DNA of 40,659 bases from a virus (taxonomy: Duplodnaviria; Caudoviricetes): positions 1 to 40,659 of IMG/VR virus record IMGVR_UViG_3300012171_000003; one strand, 5' to 3'. Within the stretch, counting starts at the first letter, position 1; each line of letters starts with the position of its first letter. Below, in pieces: positions 19,667 to 28,049 of this stretch. The notes beneath the pieces were generated by a model, which saw nothing but the letters and a program-made list of their open reading frames with translations, was not told the origin of the DNA and made no database searches. The position numbers were made by a program, and so were the translations under genes.

Positions 19667-20070
19667 TGGCTGATACAACAGCAGTCTTTGATAAGCTTGT
19701 CTTCTCCTTTAGCTTTGATATTACTGATATTGCACCTGTTATATTCAAAGTACTTATTGAGAGACAGCACTGGCATATAGCTGCGGGGCAAGCAGTACCG
19801 ATTACACTATATGTTATAGATAACATGACTACACCTGGTAAGCGTTACCTGTTCAATCCTGCAGTTGGACCATCAATAACAATATATAAACCAGACAACA
19901 CTGTTGAGCAAACAGCTATAGGTATGCCACAGGTAGAAACAGGTATATTTACATACTTACATCAAACAGCTCTTAGTGATACAGTTGGTCCATATAGTGC
20001 AGTCTTCACCGCAAGCAATGGCGACACTGAGATGATATCTAAAAAGTACCATATCTTTACTATTTTATAG
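19666..20070 (+). CDS. Ig-like structural protein
   Basis: ITIYKPD, TGIFTY, VGPYSAVFTA pattern of phage Ig/BppU-N-like domains. Confidence 0.55.
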   Translation: MADTTAVFDKLVFSFSFDITDIAPVIFKVLIERQHWHIAAGQAVPITLYVIDNMTTPGKRYLFNPAVGPSITIYKPDNTVEQTAIGMPQVETGIFTYLHQTALSDTVGPYSAVFTASNGDTEMISKKYHIFTIL

Positions 20071-20084
20071 ATGAGGCTAGAAAG

Positions 20085-20597
20085 ATGGCTGAGTTTATCA
20101 CACACCCATTCGTAAGTGCAAAGAGTGATAGCCCGGACAGCACCTTGGTAAGCGCAAATGAATGGAATGATGGACATATCTTGAGTGGTGGGATAAATGG
20201 ACAAATACTTGTATATGATAGTACCCAACCAAATAATATGAAATGGATAGATGGCGGAAAAAGCCTTTCAAATACTTATACTGCTGGCGCAGTCGGGTCA
20301 CCGTTCACAACACCAATATTTGCTACACTAAATAGTTCTAGTAATATCATTGCCCAAATTAACCCAGACTTATACTGTTTTACGTCCGGTGGTACTATAT
20401 ATAGCTTTGCCCTGTCTGTCAACGGGGCTCCAATATTTTTTATAGGTTCCATACTGTCAGCTACACGGTCAATCTTCCCATTATCAACTTCCTTTACACC
20501 AGGTGCATATAACTTTACCGCAACAGTCACAGCGTCAGGTGGTACATTTATCAGTATAGAGATTGTTTTAAGAATCCTATCCTTGGGTATACTATAA
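20085..20597 (+). CDS. Short tail fibre/receptor-binding-like protein
   Basis: ITHPFVSAKSD...EWNDGH N-terminal anchor, NGQILVYDS fibre motif, beta-rich C-terminus; last gene of tail operon. Confidence 0.6.
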   Translation: MAEFITHPFVSAKSDSPDSTLVSANEWNDGHILSGGINGQILVYDSTQPNNMKWIDGGKSLSNTYTAGAVGSPFTTPIFATLNSSSNIIAQINPDLYCFTSGGTIYSFALSVNGAPIFFIGSILSATRSIFPLSTSFTPGAYNFTATVTASGGTFISIEIVLRILSLGIL

Positions 20598-20722
20598 TGG
20601 CTATTCAACCGTCAAAGACATTATAAGGTATCGCTTATATACTATATATCGAAACTGACATCGCTGAAACTTTCCTTATACGAATAGTATCTTACTATCA
20701 AGGTGGTATAATTGTAGCGTAA

Positions 20723-21805
20723 CTATGTATAAATCTTGATACCAGCAGTCATCACCAAGCTACGCCCTTCATATGTAATAGGGCGTTCAATTATATCTCT
20801 AAGCCCTTGCTCCATTGCTATAACGCATTCATTATTCCACTTATCTTTCTTAATCGCTATTTTATCTCCATCGTGAGCATTATGTAATAATCTATTGTAC
20901 TCTTTAAGATAATCTTCGAGCATTATTAACGTCATGTTATTATAATCACTCACCGTTCCACTGATAATATGACTGAATCCTTCCCTTCCTGTTTCAGCAC
21001 TGCTGTCAAAGAAAACACGTCTAAATCCGTAGAGAGTTCTAGCAATACGCTCTTTCCTGATTCGCGCCATAATGTTAAGTTTACACTGCCAGGCACTGTC
21101 TTTACTGACAATGTATCGCTTGGCGAGACTTTCAAGCCCCTTATAATTAACTCCATATCTCTCTACCCCCTGTATCTTATGAACAAACTTATATGACTCT
21201 GTGTACTTTGACCCATGATTAAAGTTCTTTGCTAGTACTCGTTGCTTTGTATCCTTACCTTGCCAGTTATACTTACTACGCCATTCACTATCCTCCTCTG
21301 AAGTGTGAGGATTTTTAAGGTTAGATGGATACTCATAATTAAAAATATCACAACAGGTAATTGTATGAAGGTCAAAACCTTCTGTATGAGCAGCAATAGC
21401 AGCTTCGTCATTGACGATAAGATCATGTATCTTCCCTTCAATATTATCATGATCCCATGTTATTAATACTTCGTCACTATCAGGTCGTAGTATGTCACGT
21501 ACAGACCAGCATACATCAGTCCACTCATGCTCGTCATGAGGGCATGTCGTATTGATACACGACCTAGGCCAGTTAGTTATCCAAGTACTCCAACGGCCAC
21601 TTGTTTGTGTTGGTAAGTGGTGAAGGTATAGTCTATCAATACCTATAAGTTTATTAATTGTAGCGGTTAAGAGCTTGGCGTCTTCACTGTAAGCGATACG
21701 TATCGCTGCAAGTTCTTTTACTGCCTCTGTAGCTGTAGATGATGCAACTATCTTACGTAGCGTGTCACGCTGTAAGTTATGGCTGTTACTCTGCTTGTAA
21801 GCCAT
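20723..21805 (-). CDS. polA: Family A DNA polymerase, C-terminal part (thumb C-half, palm, fingers), divergent active site
   Basis: TQTSGRWS (motif 2), WDHDNIEGK (A), DLHTIT, RVLAKNFNHGSKY (B), RTLYGFRR, SGTVSD, NAHDG (C); own AAAGGA RBS. Confidence 0.88.
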   Translation of the reverse strand: MAYKQSNSHNLQRDTLRKIVASSTATEAVKELAAIRIAYSEDAKLLTATINKLIGIDRLYLHHLPTQTSGRWSTWITNWPRSCINTTCPHDEHEWTDVCWSVRDILRPDSDEVLITWDHDNIEGKIHDLIVNDEAAIAAHTEGFDLHTITCCDIFNYEYPSNLKNPHTSEEDSEWRSKYNWQGKDTKQRVLAKNFNHGSKYTESYKFVHKIQGVERYGVNYKGLESLAKRYIVSKDSAWQCKLNIMARIRKERIARTLYGFRRVFFDSSAETGREGFSHIISGTVSDYNNMTLIMLEDYLKEYNRLLHNAHDGDKIAIKKDKWNNECVIAMEQGLRDIIERPITYEGRSLVMTAGIKIYT

Positions 21806-21839
21806 CTTCTATCCTTTGCCCATTGATAGCAACGTAACA

Positions 21840-22064
21840 TTATCCCCGCTTACCATTCTCTATTTCTCTTAATCTTTCCTCTAACCTCACCACATGATTG
21901 AAAGTAAGATATACTGTATATGGGTCCTCTAAATCCTTAAATCTTATCTCCAATACGTCACCAACTTGAACCTTCTTAACCACGTCTAGTAATTGCTTTA
22001 ATTCCTCTTTAGTCGTCATCCAGAAAACTCCATCCTTTATCTTCACCTCTACAAGATCATCCAT
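21840..22064 (-). CDS. Hypothetical protein between the polymerase halves, 74 aa
   Basis: TAAGGAAG RBS. Confidence 0.65.
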   Translation of the reverse strand: MDDLVEVKIKDGVFWMTTKEELKQLLDVVKKVQVGDVLEIRFKDLEDPYTVYLTFNHVVRLEERLREIENGKRG

Positions 22065-22111
22065 AAATTATCTTCCTTAATACTAACTATCATATATCAC
22101 CCCTTCACTGT

Positions 22112-22354
22112 TTATCCTTCTAACTCTCCCTTTCTATAGCATACACTAAACAACTCCTCTAACTTAGGTAACTCCTCTTTATACACACTCACAAGTACTG
22201 TATATGCAAAGATAACTACAACGCCCTCAACTTGTCCATTTATATCGTATGTAACCCTATAGCCATGTATCAAGCGCTTCTTAAAAACACACCTACCCTC
22301 TGGGCTCGATAAGATTATGATACTGTCATCTGTAGTGCATATATCTCTAGCCAT
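22112..22354 (-). CDS. Hypothetical protein between the polymerase halves, 80 aa
   Basis: GAGGT RBS; start overlaps the stop of the upstream polymerase half. Confidence 0.6.
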   Translation of the reverse strand: MARDICTTDDSIIILSSPEGRCVFKKRLIHGYRVTYDINGQVEGVVVIFAYTVLVSVYKEELPKLEELFSVCYRKGELEG

Positions 22355-23816
22355 ATATTACCTCTTTGAGTCTTTTTGATCCACCTATATTAAATAAAGG
22401 ATCACCAGTTATATCCTGAGCTTTTAGTCTATATCCTTCAAGCCGCTCTAGCAGTATTGCTTGAACATCTGTTAAGCGAGAGCTATCCAGCTTCACACCA
22501 CTACGCTGAGCCTTATCAATAATGTTGATAAGCGGTAAGCGGTACTTCTTATAGACATACCACGACTGCGGATCGCGCTTAAACTCAGGTATAAAATAAG
22601 ACCGCCACATCTGCATCGGTTCCCAAGCATCAAGAGCGCTGTATAACTGCGGGTTATCAGCACTCAAATGTTTATACCTGTTAAGTGTACCATAGACACT
22701 GTTAATATAGTTAAGTGAGTGCGGCTCACCACTCCATAACACAGAATGCGCAAGCATCATATCTTCGAGTTTAACATTGCGAATATCAACGATCCTACTA
22801 AGATAGCTAATGTCAGCCAGAGCATTCTGGATAAGAACGACACTTCCCACGGCAACAGGAAGTCTACTATTATAACTGCTATCAAACTCAACAGCGTAGA
22901 GATTATTATGTCTATCGCACATACTCCATCTATACAGCTCTGCTGTATCAGGGTTGTACTCTGTATCAAAAGCGCTGTATGAAGGCCACTCTACAGGTCC
23001 TTTATTGCTCCAAAGCGGTAATGGCAACGGCCACTCACCCCTTAACAACATACCTAGTTTATGGTAATCTTGTAATGTTGCATGGTAAAAACGCTTGTTG
23101 TCACCGTAGAAAAGAGCTGCAAGGTGCATGGTCATGAAAACTACTCTTTCAGGTACGGCTTGACCGTTTTCCAAATTAAGTAAACTATGATAGATAGAAG
23201 TATCAACAGTAGTACTTGCACTGTAATCACTAACATTAACAGCATATCCTCTCCAACTCTCTAACACACTTTGTTTCTTTTTATACTCATCTTCATCTTT
23301 TGATAGACCTGTCATAGCAAACATGGCATGCCTACCCATTGTCACTACAACCTTTACACTATCAGGTACCTTAAGGTGAGCAGCCTTACAGTGCTTCAAG
23401 GCATTGACGATATCCGCCTTACTACTCTCAAGTTTCATTGTCGCTGTGATTAACGGCAGTTCATCTGCTCTCGCTAGACCTAACGCTTTCCCAGGTCTAC
23501 ATCTGATAGCATTACCAAGGGATACTTCATCCCGGCTAAGGCCAGTAAGTGGTAAGAACCGCGTATCAAACGCCTTTCCTGTAGCTCCAATAAGAGGTTG
23601 TGGCTGTACTTCCTCATATTCATCGCTGCTCTGTCCGTATCCATGATATGTCCTTGCTACCAACCTATGACCTAGCGCTTCATCCTTACCTGGATTTTGT
23701 GCTATGAAGTATACTACTGACGAAGGCACAACAAAGTCAGGTGTAAAGGAGTTATCTGGATGATCCTTGTATTTATAGAAAGGACATCCCTCACAGCTTG
23801 ATGGCAATGGTATCAC
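22347..23816 (-). CDS. polA: Family-4 UDG-like domain + 3'-5' exonuclease + N-half of PolA thumb
   Basis: CEGC, AQNPGKDE, PLIGATG, NAIRCRP, KHC, HLAAL (UDG4, four Cys); AFDTEY, QNALAD, YSALDA (Exo I-III); GVKLD and FNIGGSKRL (thumb). Confidence 0.85.
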   Translation of the reverse strand: MIPLPSSCEGCPFYKYKDHPDNSFTPDFVVPSSVVYFIAQNPGKDEALGHRLVARTYHGYGQSSDEYEEVQPQPLIGATGKAFDTRFLPLTGLSRDEVSLGNAIRCRPGKALGLARADELPLITATMKLESSKADIVNALKHCKAAHLKVPDSVKVVVTMGRHAMFAMTGLSKDEDEYKKKQSVLESWRGYAVNVSDYSASTTVDTSIYHSLLNLENGQAVPERVVFMTMHLAALFYGDNKRFYHATLQDYHKLGMLLRGEWPLPLPLWSNKGPVEWPSYSAFDTEYNPDTAELYRWSMCDRHNNLYAVEFDSSYNSRLPVAVGSVVLIQNALADISYLSRIVDIRNVKLEDMMLAHSVLWSGEPHSLNYINSVYGTLNRYKHLSADNPQLYSALDAWEPMQMWRSYFIPEFKRDPQSWYVYKKYRLPLINIIDKAQRSGVKLDSSRLTDVQAILLERLEGYRLKAQDITGDPLFNIGGSKRLKEVIYG

Positions 23817-23833
23817 TATTAATTTCCCTCTCC

Positions 23834-24172
23834 TTAAAGATCATTTAACTTTGTGTAATAACCATATAAACCTAAAGTCATCTCACTAAACATAGATGAT
23901 TCTTGTGTCTGTATAAACACCTGTACAGATTCTCTATTCCTCCATTGATAATCTATAAGAAAAAGCATAAACGCATCTTTATTCATATAATTGAATGTGC
24001 CAACGTATAAATACGCCTCAAAAGCGTAACAGGGTAATGTATTAGAGTCAAACTTAACAAGACGCTCTTTAGGTCCATCTGTCGCCTTAAAGTAATCAAT
24101 CATACTCTTCTCAAACTTCCCATCATCTTCAAGACAGGAAAAAGTTAACATAATGTTAGTAATATCACTCAT
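23834..24172 (-). CDS. Hypothetical protein, 112 aa
   Basis: GGAGG RBS; TAATG coupling. Confidence 0.7.
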   Translation of the reverse strand: MSDITNIMLTFSCLEDDGKFEKSMIDYFKATDGPKERLVKFDSNTLPCYAFEAYLYVGTFNYMNKDAFMLFLIDYQWRNRESVQVFIQTQESSMFSEMTLGLYGYYTKLNDL

Positions 24173-24366
24173 TATCTATGATACCCTCCAGTGTCACTAT
24201 TATATTTAATAGGTAGAATAATTTGAGATACACGATTAACCCTTAGCATTTTGATCTCAGGTAGGGCAGGTAGAGTCAGCATCCTTATACCTATTGAACG
24301 GGCAGCCTTCGCAACTACTAGGTAGCGGTAACATATATTTCCTCTTTTGTATTTATCAATATACAT
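24172..24366 (-). CDS. Hypothetical protein, 64 aa
   Basis: Operon position; weak RBS. Confidence 0.4.
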   Translation of the reverse strand: MYIDKYKRGNICYRYLVVAKAARSIGIRMLTLPALPEIKMLRVNRVSQIILPIKYNSDTGGYHR

Positions 24367-24457
24367 TTTTGTATCACTTTAGCAACCGTTGTACTTTATT
24401 CTAGTTATTAACATAATCAATACCTTCATAGTGCCCTATTTCAGTTAAAGTTCGGCC

Positions 24458-24625
24458 TTACAACCTCTCAACAGCAACAAAACTTTTTCCAATCACATCT
24501 ACAATTATATTTTCAATTATATCTACGACAACAGATGTATTCGCTTTTACCTCATAATTCTCCCTATAATACCTTTTATCCTCTTCACTTCTCAACACAA
24601 ACTTAGTTGTACCTGTTGGTTTCAT
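24458..24625 (-). CDS. 55-aa hypothetical protein
   Basis: Translated by hand MKPTGTTKFVLRSEEDKRYY...; GAGGG RBS. Confidence 0.5.
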   Translation of the reverse strand: MKPTGTTKFVLRSEEDKRYYRENYEVKANTSVVVDIIENIIVDVIGKSFVAVERL

Positions 24626-24681
24626 TTAACCCTCTAATCACTTCTCAGTGACAATCTTTTAAATACTAATAACCGTCACGA

Positions 24682-24837
24682 CTACAAATTAGCTGATTTC
24701 AGGTAAGTGTTGACGCTGTTAATACTTACCTCAAAACAATGTATTTTATCTGTGAGCGTCTTTACAGTCATAGCATGAACAAACTCCAGTTGTATTTCTT
24801 TCTCATACTTCAGTGAACCGCATAGTGTTACTTTCAC
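24682..24837 (-). CDS. 51-aa ORF starting MKVTLCGSLKY (possible truncated remnant)
   Basis: GTG directly after the upstream stop; AAGGT RBS. Confidence 0.4.
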   Translation of the reverse strand: MKVTLCGSLKYEKEIQLEFVHAMTVKTLTDKIHCFEVSINSVNTYLKSANL

Positions 24838-25218
24838 TTATCTTACCTTCTCTGTATCCATAGAAATAAGCCGTATTCGCCATAGCTCTGTTGCTTGACA
24901 TGCATGACTGGCTTGACCGTAGAAATCTGACAGGCCAGAGGCACACTTAATAACATCAAGCAGTTCAGGATTCTCCATAATATACATATTCCATAAAACA
25001 CTATACAACGCATGAACCTCTTCAACGTTGATAGGCATTCTACCCTTTGCTACATGCCAACTTAGTCCTGTTGTACCATTATCAAACACCTTCGCTGCTT
25101 GGTATATTTCCTCGATGGACTTATTATTGTGACTTTTCAGCCTTGCATAAAAAGCGCTCAATCGTCTAAAGCCCTTACTGCTACACTCAAGGTATGGTGG
25201 CTTACCATGCTTAATCAT
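24838..25218 (-). CDS. NADAR-superfamily-like protein (resembles DarT1-associated NADAR antitoxins)
   Basis: LECSSKG..RLSAF...SIEEIYQAAKVF..G and CQA segments resemble LEISSKS..LSAF..VE..FQ.SKVF of that family, by recall. Confidence 0.6.
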   Translation of the reverse strand: MIKHGKPPYLECSSKGFRRLSAFYARLKSHNNKSIEEIYQAAKVFDNGTTGLSWHVAKGRMPINVEEVHALYSVLWNMYIMENPELLDVIKCASGLSDFYGQASHACQATELWRIRLISMDTEKVR

Positions 25219-25249
25219 TATATTTATGCCCCCCCCCCATTACATAACA

Positions 25250-25322
25250 TGCCTGTAGTGAGACTCGAACTCACGTTGCCAGCTTGAAAGGCTAGTGTCC
25301 TCTCCATTTAGACGATACAGGC
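25250..25322 (-). tRNA. tRNA-Glu (anticodon TTC), no encoded CCA
   Basis: Acceptor stem GCCTGTA/TACAGGC, D loop with GG, anticodon arm CTAGC-CTTTCAA-GCTGG, T arm GTGAG-TTCGAGT-CTCAC. Confidence 0.92.
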
Positions 25323-25451
25323 GTTGCATGAAACAGCAACTCTCTTCTTACAGCATAGATTATCGTATTTATAACCGTTGACAGTATTATAGCTATAATA
25401 GCTATACGCCTATCTTACCTAGTAACGAACTCGACAGCTTTAGCGATATCA

Positions 25452-25802
25452 TCACCACTTCTTCCCATGAATAGCCACTCTTGCATATGTTTTATGATCC
25501 ATACGAGTACGGTTATACTCACACTTCTCATCATATGCACCTTGTAAGTCAAGATTATAACCACCGGCATAGTCAAACACACGAATTAGAAGATCAACTA
25601 ACTCTACCTCGACTGACTTGCGATGTGGTATATGACTATCCATAAGCGCCTTACGCTCTCCCTCCATCGCCTCTGCTATTTCACTCACCATCAACATTAA
25701 CAACTCACCTTTATTTCTATCTATATACCCTCCAGTTATTGGATCATGCCACCAAGTTATATTCGCAGCGTGACAATCTCTAGCGTAATCATTCAGATTC
25801 AT
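25452..25802 (-). CDS. MazG-like all-alpha NTP pyrophosphohydrolase
   Basis: LMVSEIAEAMEG...EVELVDLLIRVFD (ExxE...ExxD); likely start ATG 25802 after GGAG. Confidence 0.85.
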   Translation of the reverse strand: MNLNDYARDCHAANITWWHDPITGGYIDRNKGELLMLMVSEIAEAMEGERKALMDSHIPHRKSVEVELVDLLIRVFDYAGGYNLDLQGAYDEKCEYNRTRMDHKTYARVAIHGKKW

Positions 25803-25978
25803 TTTACTCTCCATAATAGAAAGAGTACTCTCCCCACAGCCCTGATTCTCACAGGCTTTCCTTGCGGACACTCTCTGTATTTTCTACCAACAACAGTAGG
25901 AGGAGACACAGAGCGCAAGTTATCACCACGCTTTAGGCCCACTAAGCCTTTGTGAAAGAGAGAGTACCCGTATACTAT

Positions 25979-26167
25979 CTAACTCTCCTTGTGCGAATAC
26001 ACATACACATTAGGTGTATCAGTTTTTACAAATACCCATTTAACACTCTTTAGATCACTAACGAGATATGTACTTTCGTAAACATGGTAATCTATCCTCA
26101 ACAAATCGTTGTCTGCATACACAACACGCCTAAAGCCGTAATAGTCAAGTATTACTTCACATACCAC
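25979..26167 (-). CDS. Hypothetical protein, 62 aa
   Basis: AGGAG RBS before GTG. Confidence 0.55.
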   Translation of the reverse strand: MVCEVILDYYGFRRVVYADNDLLRIDYHVYESTYLVSDLKSVKWVFVKTDTPNVYVYSHKES

Positions 26168-26170
26168 GGA

Positions 26171-26983
26171 TTAACTCCTACGCTCACCACTATTCTTATC
26201 CTTTATATCCAAAATAATCGGCCCATTATCACCGTTCATTGTTCGCACCTTGTACGAATCTTCTTCAAGCATCGCTATAAGCTGACCAAAAGATGTAGCT
26301 CTCTCGCTATGTATACTCAGGTATACATCCTCTTTAGCCTTAATATACAGTTTATGTGAATTATCAATCTCGCCGGGTTTATCTTTTTTATACCTTATAT
26401 CAGGAGATATTCTTAAGAAAAGATCCGGCGCATACTCAATATCACCTACCTGTCTTGGATTAGGCTTACCGCTAACTATAAGCATTGTCCTACCTGTAGG
26501 GTCAATATCCCCCGGCATACAGTCACCTTCATACACAACCTTGCTGAACTTCCAGCGCTCAGTTTTCAGCCAGTCACCAGTAGGATTGTTGAGAGTCCTA
26601 TATGTGTGGTCATCCCTCTTGTTATCAAAGCCCGTTGCATTTAACTGGTCAATGGTCATACCAGAACTTGTACTCGAACTCTGCCCATTTACTTGCGCAC
26701 TTGTGCTAGAGGGTTTTGAACCTTCATCATCAAGCTCATCAGGTATAACATCAATATCGTCATTTCTCTTTTCCATAGCCTTCTCTCTTGCAGTTGGTGT
26801 GTCAATGTAATCATCAATCTGCGGTTTAGCGTTATTCCTTGTCGCCATTATCTTTACTCTTTCCATATCACGTTCATAAATAGCATTCTTCTCAATACCT
26901 TCTTGTAATACATCAAACCCTTCATTCTCCCTAGCTTTATACAGCAGTGCCATTAGCTTTATCCTTGATAGACTGTAAATCAA
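26171..26983 (-). CDS. Putative ssDNA-binding/recombination partner protein (true start uncertain)
   Basis: Acidic low-complexity N-part, beta-rich C-domain, downstream of Sak4-like ATPase. Confidence 0.45.
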   Translation of the reverse strand: MIYSLSRIKLMALLYKARENEGFDVLQEGIEKNAIYERDMERVKIMATRNNAKPQIDDYIDTPTAREKAMEKRNDDIDVIPDELDDEGSKPSSTSAQVNGQSSSTSSGMTIDQLNATGFDNKRDDHTYRTLNNPTGDWLKTERWKFSKVVYEGDCMPGDIDPTGRTMLIVSGKPNPRQVGDIEYAPDLFLRISPDIRYKKDKPGEIDNSHKLYIKAKEDVYLSIHSERATSFGQLIAMLEEDSYKVRTMNGDNGPIILDIKDKNSGERRS

Positions 26984-27140
26984 TTGTCAATCTCATAGCA
27001 AGTAATAAAGCGTCAAGTGCAGCTAGCCAATTACCCTCACTTTCATTGAGCGCTAACTTTGCTCTGTTAACACTTCGTTTGATACCATCACTGAGACCCT
27101 CTAACATCTTCTCTTCGATAAATGCACTATACCCTGTCAT
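26937..27140 (-). CDS. Hypothetical protein, 67 aa
   Basis: GGAGGG RBS. Confidence 0.6.
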   Translation of the reverse strand: MTGYSAFIEEKMLEGLSDGIKRSVNRAKLALNESEGNWLAALDALLLAMRLTIDLQSIKDKANGTAV

Positions 27141-27143
27141 ACA

Positions 27144-28046
27144 CTATACCCTCCGCATCAACGCTTGCAGCGCTGGATAACTCTGATGTATCCACGGCCT
27201 GTCTATCATTCCTGGTGTCATTGTTAAGCCCTTTACACCTACACCTCTAACATCATTCTTGTTCCAGAACTGCCATACATAGTGCTCTTCACCTCTCTTA
27301 CTCTTATCACAATTGTGTATACACCTCTTTTCTAGCCTTGCTGATAAGCGTGCATCAAACTTACCAGGCATTTTTATAGACATTGCTCCAGCTACAGCGG
27401 GCCACAGATATCTAGCGGCTTCAATACCTGCAGCTCTCTCACTCTCACTCTGTGAACCTTTCCAGTCTTCCCACACAGTCATACCAAGTATAGGTATAGG
27501 CGAACTATAATACATACCCAAATAATTAATGAACACCTTCTGTGCAGTATCGTGTGCTCTTGCTGCTCTGTACTTATCAGTAGCAAGACCTGTTTTAGGG
27601 TTAATGCTCATATCAGTGCCATTCAACCATTCTCCGTTTGTACCTTTGTTAAAAAGATGATCGTAGAGGACATGCCCTCCATCGATAAAAAGAATATCCG
27701 GCTTATTCTTCTCACACTCCTTGTACAGTTTATTGAAGTCTTCAATTATTGATGCAGAATACTCACCACTAGCAATATCTGTACCTGGTACTGTTTCTTC
27801 ATAGAAACAACTGATGTTATCTGTATCAGGTGGTAGTGCTTTATACCCTGTCTCACCAGGCACACTCAATATAACCATATGTCTACCTGCAGCGTACTCT
27901 ATTGCTTCCTCTCTTTCTTCACCCCAATAGTCATAGTTACCATAGATAAATGTACGAAGCGAGAATGTTTTACCGCACTGTGTAACACCACTAATAAGCG
28001 GTCGCAGCTTTTTAAACTCACCATTGCCTCTAGATACCATTGGCAT
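27144..28046 (-). CDS. AAA_24/Sak4-like ATPase
   Basis: N-terminal LISGVTQCGKT Walker A, ILFID Walker B, WPAVAG...MPGKFD segment. Confidence 0.75.
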   Translation of the reverse strand: MPMVSRGNGEFKKLRPLISGVTQCGKTFSLRTFIYGNYDYWGEEREEAIEYAAGRHMVILSVPGETGYKALPPDTDNISCFYEETVPGTDIASGEYSASIIEDFNKLYKECEKNKPDILFIDGGHVLYDHLFNKGTNGEWLNGTDMSINPKTGLATDKYRAARAHDTAQKVFINYLGMYYSSPIPILGMTVWEDWKGSQSESERAAGIEAARYLWPAVAGAMSIKMPGKFDARLSARLEKRCIHNCDKSKRGEEHYVWQFWNKNDVRGVGVKGLTMTPGMIDRPWIHQSYPALQALMRRV

Positions 28047-28049
28047 AAT

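Noticed and set aside
20597-20722. Gap-filling frame with an internal TAA, hinting at stop-codon recoding
   Set aside because: TAA, TAG and TGA all terminate core genes and coding density is high under the standard code; a 31-codon open stretch can be chance
21806-22346. Group I intron, intein or ribosomal bypass joining the polymerase halves
   Set aside because: No intron core or endonuclease motifs seen, no intein-type termini, and each ORF has its own RBS
25250-25322. tRNA as attP site or suppressor
   Set aside because: Ordinary Glu anticodon and no integrase found
25452-25802. Z-genome (2-aminoadenine) pathway
   Set aside because: No PurZ or DatZ homolog recognised; a MazG-like gene alone is common in phages
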